A stretch of DNA of 64,000 bases. It comes from Antedon mediterranea. Taxonomy: Eukaryota; Animalia; Echinodermata. Position 1 is the stretch's first letter. Each line of letters opens with the position of its first letter. The position numbers and the translations under genes are program-made. Under the pieces are notes generated by a model. The model saw nothing but the letters and a program-made list of their open reading frames with translations, was not told the origin of the DNA and searched no databases. This document shows, piece by piece, positions 52,409 through 64,000 of the stretch. The DNA is taken from contig NC_092670.1 in the NCBI RefSeq assembly GCF_964355755.1, forward strand, positions 33,964,388-34,028,387. Direction: 5' to 3'.

Positions 52409-53343
52409 AGGCTAAAGTTTTAAGATTAAAATTTATATTTCAACCTGGAAATTAGGACTCTACGTCTAAAGGATTAAACATTGAAGGATAAACAGACAAA
52501 CGTTGTCTGTATTAACAATAAAACGAAAAAGATTTTAGTAAAGTTTAATTTTAGTTAAATTTAACACCATTTATCCATTTAAAAATAGCAGTTAAAAAAT
52601 AGAGAGTTAACAGACAAACAGACAGAACTACATTCTTAGGTTTCCAACTTAAAAATATTACATAAAGTTTTTAAAGTCTAAACTTTCTTAACATTCTGTT
52701 GTTAGTACGTTAGTGGTTACATTGTGTTACGTTGTTACACGATAGTGGTTAAGCTAGGACGTAAAGCTTGGTTCCCACTAGAACGTAACACAAGGACGTA
52801 AACGCAACTCAAGCATTTTAACCAATGACAAGCGAAGTTATAGACAGTTAGCAATCACAAGCGAATAAGCCATCGCTTGTGACTGGCGTTTCGTTACGTC
52901 CTTGTGTTGCGTCGCTAGTGAGAACCACTTTTTTTGGTGAAAGTTATTAACTATTATGATACTTCAAAATGACCCACTTTTTTTCGAAATAAAAAAAAAA
53001 TTTTGTTGGAATTAGTCAAAGGGACAATACATCTTTAAGTAAACGTGATTGGTAGTTGAAGATGTTCATAGGAGAAAGACCAACTAACAAACGGGCCAAT
53101 CAGAATAAACTCTGGTAACCAAGATTGCCTTGCTGTGATGTATTCACAGTAGGTTAAGTTATTAGTCGACTGTACTTGGCAAAATTCGTCACGCTATTCG
53201 TCGACAAAACATTCTGTATCTAATTTTATTTAGTAGGTCTACTGAGCAACAGCCGGTTTAGAGGACTAAACCAGACCTTCTATATATAGGCCTAGTGTTT
53301 TGCTAAATAGGCCTTTTTTACTGTTTATCCGAAGTCAATTGCA

Positions 53344-53422
53344 ATGGTTTTATGGAAGAACATCGCACATATGTTCTGTTTGTTGGTGATAATGATATCC
53401 CACAAAGCTACTGGTATTTCTG
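53344..53422 (+). CDS. Paralogous candidate signal-peptide first exon (MVLWKNIAHMFCLLVIMISHKATGIS)
   Basis: ATG, hydrophobic core and phase-1 G|GTAAGT donor. It is 18 nt shorter than copy 1 with frame preserved. Confidence 0.62.
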
Positions 53423-54093
53423 GTAAGTTTTGTATTTTTATTTTTCCACAGTGGTTCATGTTACATGGGATTTTTTTCTCTTTCGTGGGGGAAAGCCACT
53501 TTTAATTCATATTGTATGATCTTTCAATTTTACATGTAAAATCAAAATTTAAGAATGTAATATAGCAGATCTATAAAATATCATTTACAATTTATACGTC
53601 AATGTTGAGAGATCCAATTATGTTATGTTTTAAAAAGATATCTCTTTAAACCATATTATTGTACATATATGTTATAAACACATTTTTTAAATATGTAATC
53701 TTTGTATATCTTTGTCTTGGAATAGACTAATGAATAAAAGTGGGCTAAAACCACGAAAGAGAAAAAAAAATATTAAAAAAAATATTAAGATGATTGTTTG
53801 AATATTTTCAGTACAAACAATAATAGTAATAATAAACAATTATTACGTGTGATTTTAATAACTAATTTTCGTTCGCGTTACCCCATTTATTTTTAGCATT
53901 GTTTATGTTACAAACATATTGATTATAGATTTTAGTTCAAATCGGAAAATATAATAATAATAATTTAATTTCAACACATGCTTCTATAAAACATTCTTTA
54001 AAGGGTTGAAGGGTTGACACAATTTGAAAAAAAAAATAAACATTTTTTTTTATTCATTTAAAAAAGTACAATCATAACACAAAATCACTGTAA

Positions 54094-54686
54094 AGGCTAG
54101 GTTCGGGCAAAAAATTTCTATTGATCATACATTCCAATAATTATTGATCTATAGTTTCCCCTATGTTTCATAATTTTTGGGATTTTATTTGTGTTACACG
54201 AGCTTGTTGAAAATAAGCACTTTCTTATCAGTGGGGGGATAGTTCAAATTACACAGTAAAATCTCTATTCTTTTGTACACAAATTTTGTAAATAGAGAGG
54301 CATTTTAAAAAGCTATGAAAAATAAACGGTGTGGTAAAAAATGTTATCAGATGACTAAATATAGTTAATATAACTTGAATATTACATTTCTGATATTTTT
54401 ATTCAACTTCAGATTTTTATTTTCATGCTTTAGCAAAAAATATCCACCGTAAATCCACCATCTTTTTTCACCGTCTAGGGAGTCACCAGACATGTTATTA
54501 CATTAGGTTAACTACCTAACTACTGAAAAAAAGTCTTCTTGGTTTTTATGGAAGAATTTTGCCAAATTTTGTATTTGACCATATTGAGGGAAATTCATGT
54601 TTTTTGTCTTGATTTCTGTTACAAATATTTGATTTATGTACAATTAACCAAATATTATATTTAAAATTCATGCCTGTACCTGAGCT
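54094..54686. mobile_element. Kolobok-like MITE private to duplicate 2
   Basis: Absent at the equivalent TTAA site (~2832). Imperfect 16-bp TIRs AGGCTAGGTTCGGGCA / TGCCTGTACCTGAGCT, flanked by GTAA/TTAA. Confidence 0.7.
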
Positions 54687-55129
54687 TTAAAATAAAGTAA
54701 TAGATATCAAAGAAATATAAACGTTTAAATAAAGTAACTTACAGTGATCAAACAATATTAAAAACTATAAATTATTAATTCAATTTTTTTAAAGTAAATA
54801 ATAATTAATTATTAATTATTAATTATTAATCAATAATTCATTTGGTAAATGCTGACCAATCTAACTGAATATAAGTAACTTTCAGTGGTCAAACAATTAT
54901 AGATTATTAATCCTTTTTTTTTTATTTAAAATAATATATAGGCCTATATACATATATTTTAATTATCTGTATTGTAACCAAGGAACTAATGGTATAATAA
55001 ATAATTAAAAATATCTAATAAGTGCCAATAATAATTTCTTGTTTTCAATGTAATTAAATACAATAAATAGCAGACATAATAATATTACACAAAAAAAGTC
55101 ATATCCTCGAGTAAAAGTATCAGAAAATT

Positions 55130-56705
55130 ATTAAATTTAATCTTCTATTAATCTCCACTTTTGTCTAAAATTATACAATTTACTTCTTTTAGAAGCAATT
55201 TTTTTTCTATATTATTATTAAATTTTAACAAATTGAAGAAAACCTGGAAGACTGGCTTTTTTGGCTAAATATAATTTTCTTAATCAACAAAATACATAAA
55301 TGTAATAGCATATCATGATTTTCTGTATTGTAACCAAATAATATGGATGTCTTATCAAGGTTAATCTTTGTTTTTTGAAATATTTTCCCACCAAGTCGTG
55401 AATTCATCCCATAGTTGGGTTGCAATGATACATTCAACCAAAAATAGTTTCAATATTTGATTCACAATAGGAACACATACTACTCGTTACAATAATCATT
55501 TTATGTATAGTCTACTATTAGTTGACAAGCAATTCATATAAATTTTATACTGAAATATTCTGGTTCTTACCTCCTGAGAACATTAAAACGGTAATACATA
55601 GATATTTTCCCATTTATCGCTATCTACACCTAATTCACCCTGCAATTTATTTTGAGATGTTGGTATTTAAAAAAATTGTTTCAATTAAGGCTTTGTATAT
55701 ATTTTTTTTTTTTCGTAAAAACCCTAGCTTCATGTTTGCTTTCCACTGTGGGGGTATTGCAGATATCGTCATTCTACATTGCATGAAATTGCTTGTCGAT
55801 AAGCCTCTCTCTATCCACGTATTAAAGGGAATGATATTACCGTTTTCATAAAAAGGGTCGCTTACTAAACACATCCCGAACATCTCTAAGGCTCTTGTAA
55901 TAAAATGGCTTGCCATGTATATGCATGTGCCTATTAAACCATATATATTGGGACCCTTTGTTTACTGTATCAGGATGTATTAATTCGAAGTAAGCGTTTA
56001 ACATATCCTTATAAAACAAAGGAATATTTTTCAACGGCGGCCAAAGTCCGCGCTTACATTACATTAAAAAATAATGTCGCCTCCTTGCTTATTCAAAAAA
56101 CTATGTAGTAGAGATCTCCATGCTGCATTAAAATTTATGTTATAACGTTGTATCCATGTTATCTTTACTGCCTTAAACATACTTTTGATATCTGCCATTT
56201 TTAAACCGCCTTCTTCAAAATTCCCAATTAATGTTGTTCTTTTTATCATACCTTTACCACCGTTCCATAAGAAATTTAATAGAATTGTTTCAATTGATTT
56301 AAGTACTGTACATGCGGCGGTATATATGTATGACAGATGCTAAATATATAAATTGGGATATTGCGAATGTTTTAATTCTTCCTGCTAAAGTTAGTTGTCT
56401 GGTTCTCCATTATGTTTAATATTAATTTTAGTTGTTTAATTTTCGTTTCGAAATTACATTGTTCCCGTTGTCTTTCATTATAAGAAAAATAAACTCTTAA
56501 TGCTTTTACTGGTTGTTGTGGCCATTGCATATGTATTGGTTTGTTTTTACATCGCCTATTTGAACCAAGCCATATAGCCTGCGATTTGCTTATATTTAAT
56601 TTTAGAAAATTTCTCATTTTGAATGTTATCCAGGGAATATGTTGAAATTATCTTACGACCATTTAATATCGCCTATAACAATGTTTACTCTCTTTTTTGC
56701 CACTT
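55130..56705 (-). pseudogene. Duplicate of the L1/Tx1 ORF2 relic
   Basis: Same motifs as 3285-4770. Retains the CSYC half of the zinc knuckle. Confidence 0.85.
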
Positions 56706-57169
56706 CTTAAAAATGTATAGGGTATTGTCAGCTTTAAAAAATATATATATTTATAGGTATCAAGGCTAAAACAAAGTCTGTACAGACATTTTAGTTGCAT
56801 TATATGCAAATATTAAATAGGGTCGAGGGTCAAATGTCATACTTCTGATAATTTTTGGGTACAATGTTTCATTATAGCGAATATAAATATGTACATTCTG
56901 AATAATGCTTTGAAAAATCAACTCTCTAGCATTAATGGTTTTCGAGATATAGAAAGACTGTAATTTCACCCCCTTATTTGCATATTTCATGTAATTTGTA
57001 CTACTAATTTGCATACTTTCGAGGTGTGTGGCAATGATGTGATTGTGGGAATTACAAAGCGGTCCCATGCCGACTATAAGAAACCTGTATCCGATTCATT
57101 TGAGTCTCTACAGACATGTTAGTCGCATTATGTATGCAAACATTGATAAATGGGGTCGAGGGTAAAAAA

Positions 57170-59797
57170 AAATCTTAGCAAAGACCGGCGTCAGTGATAT
57201 TGGACGAAGATCATCAAAAGAGCGGATCTTGTTTTGTTTTGGAACTGGAACTATTGAAGCAGTTTTCCACTGACGTGGAAAGTGTCCCTCATTGAGACAC
57301 GTATCAAATAATTTAGTTAGCGGGTTAGCAAGTTCAATAGCAAATTCCTTAATTATTTTAATTGGTAAGTGTGATGGGTGGCTTGATTTATTACAGTTCA
57401 CTTTAGTCAAAGCCTTACGAACTTCCCATTCATGTATAAGTGGTGGTTCACTTGCTGGGAGGAAGGCTGGTAGCTTGTTGATATTCAAAGCCGGAAGCTG
57501 ATTACATACAAGTGCAAAATGGCTATTGATGCATTCAACGGTGTTTATAGTCAGTGGCGGATCTAGCGGGAGGCGTGTGGGGCGTACGCCCCCACCTATT
57601 TTTTAAAGATTTTTTTTTTTTTTTGAAAAAAATTTAATAGATTTTAAAAACACGTATCGTTTCGACGGTCATTTTCATAGTGAAAATAGTACGTCGGAGC
57701 ACATCGTCAGCTTGATCGCATTTCACCAAGCATGTACGTCGACATCCTTTGTGTACTATCAATCTCTAGCGTTACCAACGATCATTCACAGTTAAGTGTA
57801 AAAGGAGCAAGTTGATAAAAGCCACGTGGTGAGCTTGGTCGCGTTCTACTAAGCAGGTCGGCATCCTTTGTGATCGTCACTCCCGTATTGTAGAGTAGCG
57901 GTACGTAGGCCTACCTCCGACGATCAATAGAGTTTATGAAGTCACATGGTCAGTGCTACTATACTACGCGCCCATTTATTAAGTACAATAAAAACAAAGG
58001 CTAGGACTGTATAGTGCCTAGGAAAATTATCCCGTTAGGCCTATATTTTATTAAAACATATTACTATTAACATATTAACAATGCTGCAGCATTTCATGAC
58101 CCTTGTTGTTTTATTTGCTTTTCCGTCGATGATTCTCATAAACAAATCGCGATGACAAAAGAGGTGTTTTGTTTTTTTCAAATCACTAAATATAATGTAA
58201 TGATGATCGAGCCAGACCGATAATTTTTAAACGATCGTTTAAACCAGGTCGTTGAATATGCCGATGATTTTAATGGCTCGGCGTTTCGATAAATCTCGCG
58301 TCGCATGTGTTGCGTGGTGGTGGTGGAAAACACTCTCAGCAAGTTTGCTTCATTAATATGCATGAGACTCTGTGACGACCCGCTTTAACGTGACGTCATT
58401 TTACTTTAGCTGCATGGATGATGGATGCGAAGAAGTAGTCACCACGATAGACCCGGCGCGCGTGTAAGAAAATAATACCGGTCTAGGCTAGGACAAGTTT
58501 ATGCTTATATAAAAGCTGAAAAACATCGTCGCGTTGTAAAAATTTAGATGTAAAGTACAGGCAAGTTGTTAGCTTGCTTTGGTACCCTAGGTAAGTATCA
58601 GCTGCATGTTCCACATGTCGTAATTTGCGAGCTTTAGAGTGTTTGGTAAATGACATTATGAATTGTTTGTAAATCGTTTTAAACGACTTACAATGCGCTA
58701 GAACGCCAAAATTTCCAGGGGCCGTCGGCTCCTGGACCCCGACCGGGGGCCCTTGGCGGCCCCCTGGCCCCACCCAATGTTTGCTCGCTTCGCTCGCAAA
58801 CCTACGCCACCCCTATTTCAAAATCCTGGATCCGCCCCTGTAGGGTCAACATCAGAGCCAGGAATACGACTTCTTCCTCATATTACAGAGCTTCTGGACA
58901 CTGCGGTGCCATTTCCCAGGTCGGTTCCCTTTCAAGGTAGCAATAGACTTTTCATAGAATGAAGCTTTCGCTCGTTTGACTTCCTGCTGTACCTTACAAC
59001 GTAAGATTTTCCACTGAATATCCTGTCCATTTCGGTAAGCCACCTGGCGTTTCAAAATTAATTTTCTTAATTTAGTTGTAAACCAGGGCTTGTCATTCCA
59101 TCTCTTGTTAGTGAAAATTTGAGGAAAATGCTCTTCAAAAGCACTGTTGAGCTCCTGATTAAAAATTTCCAAAAAATCTGAAGAGTTTTCATAAGCACTA
59201 AGATGATTCCAATCATGCAAAGTCATCCATTGTCCAAATGATCTGATCGAGGAGTCTCTTAGTGGGCGAAACAGCAAATGTGCTGGCTTGTGATTTAAAT
59301 CTGCAAGATTGGTTGATGGTTCCAACAAAATACAACAATGGTCACTTCGACCAACTGGTGGTAGTTCCATAGGTTCATTAAAGATATTAGGAATGTTAAC
59401 AAATATCTTATCGAGGTGCGCATTTTGTTTAGTAGGAAAGTTAACCACCAGTTTAAAAAACAACTTAGACTCTCATTCTGATGTATTGAGATCATTGAAA
59501 TCACCACATGCCATAATTCCTGCTGAAAAATCACTAGTTCTAATGCTATCAACGGTAGGCCTACTCGTAATGTGACTGAGAAGCTCAGTGGCATTAGCCG
59601 AATTGGGAGGGTAATAAATGACGCCAACGAACATAGTTTTAATTGCTACACCAACACTACGGAAGTCAAATTTTTTCCACAAACATTCAAATTCACAATT
59701 ATCATGGATATCCATAGAAACATCACTTACTTTAATATTAACTTCATTATGTATATAAAAGGCTACACCACCACCTCGACGTCCATTTATCAGATCT
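57170..59797 (-). pseudogene. Duplicate of the CR1/L2-group fragment, interrupted by a MITE
   Basis: Same peptides as 5222-6563 (GDFN, GRSDH, KPWFT, RPISLTPVFAK). Confidence 0.85.
57552..58840. mobile_element. hAT-like non-autonomous element (CAGTGGCGGATC...GATCCGCCCCTG)
   Basis: TIRs as given. Absent from duplicate 1 (empty site GTTTATAGGGTCAAC at ~5600). Confidence 0.8.
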
Positions 59798-60088
59798 GCA
59801 TTGGCGTGCTAGACCATGGGCTGAACATCAAAATTGTTACTTTTCGTGGTGCCCCCTCTGGCAACTACATATTCTTTACATTTAAAGTTTGAAAATAATA
59901 TTTACAACATTAATCATAAACTTGCCATCGCCAATAAGGCACTGTTTTTGTAAAAAATGACAAATTAGGAACAAATTATGAATTGTTGAATATAAATTAT
60001 AAGCCAATCACAAATAAGCTTTCATAGGCGTTTGGAGAGTTTTATTAAATGTTGACCAATGAAGCCTTCTGATATAGCTATTCGGGAC

Positions 60089-61555
60089 GCGATATTTTTT
60101 TACGCTCAACGAAACTGCCAGCTAGCCAGAATACTGTTTTCTGATTGGATGCTGATGTCACGTGAGATGTTCAAATCACTCACGCATGCAGTTCGCCTCA
60201 GTAGGTAATTCCCCCTCCCACTCTCCGACCGGTTGCGACTCGCACTGCTCTAGGCTAGCAATTTACGTGTTGTAGGAATCGTACATTTCAATAGCTCGCT
60301 GCCTGAGAGCACGTTGCCTGAAACAACTACTAGCTCCTTGCACAACAGACAGAGGCTTACAATTTCCCGCATTTTATCGTTTCGCCATCGTTGAAATGTT
60401 TTTTCGTAACATTTATTGCTCTTTTATATGTACAATGTTTGAGATAAAATAATTATAAATAAGAGCGGCTAAACCCAAAAAGCGGAAACTTGTGAAGGGT
60501 TTCTTGAAAATATTTACTTTCTCTCGCCATGGAGTAATCTATTAATTAATTAATTAAATTTCCATGGAGGAATTCGCCTCTCTCTCAATTTCGCGTACGT
60601 TTCATGCATTAATTTCAATTTGACGTGGAAAAATATGATTTTTATGCGAAGCGATAAGAAAGTCGCGCCGCGGTAATCTTTTTAGGGCCTTCATGACGGC
60701 AACATCGGGTTGGCACGGTCAAAATACACTTTTGTCATCGTCATCCTTTTATATATTGACAACAAAAGGCTCTAGTATTCCTTTGTCTAGTTTCATTCAT
60801 TTTATTTATTTATTTGACCAACAAAACATAATATACAATGTACAAAGATGAATCAGGGACTGCTAAAGTAATATAATTACTGAACTACAAGAGTCAGCAC
60901 TAGTCAAGATTTATTAGATTTTTGTAAAGTTACAGGTCTACGAATAACAAATGGCAGAATTACAAGCAACAACTCATCTAAATATATATTTATAAGTCAC
61001 AGGGAAATATTGTTTGTGATTATTTATTATCATTTTTTGAAAATTTCAAACAAATTTACACCATCCAGACCAACATTTTATCGCCAATGCGTGATTTCTT
61101 TATTATACTGCAACGATCAACGGTACGCGAACAGTAGCCTACACGCTCCCCACGTTAATTATATCCACGTTACGGTATTATCCACAACGATAATCTCTCT
61201 TTGAGTCTTATTTATAATTATTTTATCTCAAACATTGTACATAGAAAAGAGCAATAAATGTTACGAAAAAACATTTCAACGATGGCGACACGATAAAAAT
61301 GCGGGAAATTGTAAGCCTCTGTCTGTTGTGCAAGGAGCTAGTACTGTAGTTAAAACGTACGATTCCTACAACACGTAAATTGCTAGCCTAGAGCAGTGCG
61401 AGTCGCAACCGGTCGTCGGAGAGTGCGAGGAGGAATTACCTACTGAGGCAAACTGCATGCGTAAGTGATTTGAACATCTCACGTGAGATCAACATCCAAT
61501 CAGAAAACAGTATTCTGGCTAGCTGGCAGTTTCGTTGAGCGTAAAAAAATATTGC
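60089..61555. mobile_element. Mutator-like (MULE) non-autonomous element with ~370-bp TIRs
   Basis: Long inverted arms 60089-~60463 and ~61206-61555, with a perfect 9-bp TSD ATTCGGGAC. Confidence 0.9.
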
Positions 61556-63160
61556 ATTCGGGACTAGCTTGGTATCAACAAAAAAACACTAGTAGACGGT
61601 CACACACATGTTGTATGGCATTGGCCTTGGGTAGGCCTAGAATCAATCACAATAATGCCATGGTGTTAATAGTTATAATACAGCTGAGTTGGTGGTCATC
61701 ATGTCATTCAACATTGACTGATTGAGACTAGCTTAAAATGGATATGAAAGGATTTTAAAATTTCACAAAAATGACTTTGTATGAATCCTTTTAATGTTAA
61801 TAAACAGCACACAAAAAAATAGATTCAAATACCTAGTAGAACTTGAGAAATAAATAAATTAAATTTTGGTATAATATAAAACGTCCGCAAAATGGCCGAC
61901 CAACTGGCACGCCATCTTAATTTTTATGAACGTTCTATACGCACGTACGAAATCGTCAAATTTAGAGTTTGAAACACCCGGGGTTGTAGCCACGGCAGCA
62001 GTCGTTTTGTGATTGGTTAATGAATTTTAATACAGTCCAATCACCGCCTTGTTTCGTTCGCGGTCTGTGTGGTGTAAACAAAATAAACAAACCCATCCTA
62101 CACGAGACTCACACGTGTTGCAAGCTCCCTGTTGCTGCAGTCGTAGAAAATATCGATATTTCACAAATCAATAAAAAGTTATGTCTGCAAAGATTGTACG
62201 TGAAAAGAAGAAAGGGTGTATTTGTACATCTCACACTAAACCACTCACGCAGACTACAAATTAGGCTAGGTCTAGTAGACTATATTTTCTTCTAAATTCG
62301 CTAGTACTATACTAGGCTAGGCCTACACATGGAGTTACTCCGTGGCCTACCAGTACAAGAGAGTAGTCTAGTAGTCGCCAGGCACAATTGTGCCTACCAT
62401 TAACACCTTCAACGATACATCAAGGAGCATACGCTCTCAGCTCACCTCTGGCCGGGCGACTAAACACCGTATCCAGCAGTCATCGCTACTAAAAAGGCCT
62501 AGCTAGCTCCAGGCCATGGCATTGTCAAACACCATTTACTCGTCCAACCGTTTCTTCAAAACGATGTTAACACCCGTCTTAACAAGACGATGTGGACGAA
62601 TTTCCATCAATTTCAGTTAATTACCACGAAATAATAATAAAATGAATGTTTCAATAATAAGTGTATAATAAATAGCGAAATAAACATCGCTCGTGCGAGA
62701 GGAGGAGGGTCGAGAGAGAGGCCAAGGAGATCGACTCTGTGATTCTCACGCATGCGCAAAATAACTCCGTGTACCCAGAAAGATAGGCATTTGGCTATGA
62801 ATTTCGTAAAAGGTGGCCTTGAAAAACGAAATTAAAATCCGTTTAAAAAAAAACATGGTTGATAATATGAATTAATTTTATTCGATTAGGCTAACATACT
62901 TATCCAAGAATAAAAATATCAAAGCGATAAGTAATTACTACCATGCTTTTGCATCAATCAATGATTTACTGCTAAATTCCTATCTCTGTAATACAAAAAT
63001 AACTTTTAGTGACGTCACAAAAAGTTTTTCACAGGTTTCTCAGGGGCGTTTTGAGGGCGTTGTCGTCCTCCAAAACATTAAGTATGACTATGGCAAGCTT
63101 AAAACTGATTGATCTACACGTTGAGCCAATAAAATGATATTGCTAGGAACCCTTTCATAT

Positions 63161-64000
63161 CAGTGGTGGCGCCAGCGGGGGGGGGGCTACGGGGGGCTCT
63201 ATCCCCCTCGTCGGGGAGCCTAGCCCTCCCCCCCCCCCCCCCCCGTCGGGGAACACGGGTACTTTTTGTCGGGGAATATAATATACAGTAAAAAATGTTT
63301 GCGTTCACTTCATAGCTTCAGCGCCTAGAAAACCACGACGTTCCATTGACCGTGAGAGTACGTCAGAGGGCTATTATGCACTTTTATGCATTCATTTATT
63401 GCCAGCGATCTAACTTACTACTAAACATTAGCTAGGTACGCACTTGTCTGGCGGTATCCCTTTGTACGAATCGTTCAACGTTGGGTCGACACGCGTGGTA
63501 TCAAGTTCCATCCAGGGACCAAAATGTGTAATGTAGTTATTTTCCAGGCGAAGTTTACCGGCGGTTACCGAAGGGAACACGGGTACTTTTTGTCGGGGAA
63601 TATAATATACAGTAAAAAGCGTTCGCGTTCACTTCGTAGCTAGCTTCAGCGCCTAGAAAACCGCGACGTTTCATTGACCGTGAGAGTACATCTCAGAGTG
63701 ATATTATGCACTTTATATGCATTCATTATTGCCAGCGATCTAACTTACTACTAAACAATAGCTAGGTTCGCACTTGTCTGTCGGTATCCCTTTGTACGAA
63801 TCGTTCAACGTTGGGTCAAGACGCGTGATACCATGTTCCATCCAGGGACCAAAATGTGTACTGTAGTTATTTTCCAGGCGAAGTTTACTGACGGTTACGT
63901 CGTGTACTGCGTCGACGTACGCTACACTACAGCAGCAAAAACAAATTATGTTAATTGTTCGTATGTTCACCAATTTTTTAATTTACAAGTAACCTTCTCT
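63161..64000 (+). mobile_element. Probable hAT-like MITE end followed by a 325-bp tandem duplication
   Basis: CAGTGGTGGCGCCAGCGGGGG start with G/C runs. The GGGAACACGGGTAC unit occurs at 63249 and 63574. Confidence 0.55.

Larger units (their letters stand above)
52403..59797 (+). repeat. Segmental duplication copy 2
   Basis: Colinear with 676-6563, plus private insertions at ~53595-53820, 54094-54686 and 57552-58840. Confidence 0.95.

Overview
AT-rich eukaryotic (animal, probably marine invertebrate/echinoderm-like; inference) genomic DNA, mostly nested transposon relics. The only host gene evidence is on the + strand: a candidate signal-peptide first exon (2269-2365) and three symmetric phase-1 HYR (hyalin-repeat)-like exons (41144-41395, 46816-47073, 48283-48543). 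A 6-7 kb block holding the promoter, first exon and start of intron 1 is duplicated about 51-53 kb downstream (676-6563 vs 52403-59797), and the second first-exon copy keeps its reading frame. The rest comprises decayed LINEs (L1/Tx1, CR1/L2 group), two Penelope-like elements (one with a hammerhead-ribozyme motif), a non-autonomous Helitron family (one copy with both ends and a reconstructable empty site), several Helentron-associated (DINE-1-like) families, MITEs with TSDs (Kolobok-, Harbinger-, MULE-, hAT-like), a Nin-type SINE, tRNA-like cassettes inside non-SINE elements, and tandem repeats. There is no intact autonomous element, CRISPR array or rRNA. Family assignments come from motif recognition by eye; no database search was run.
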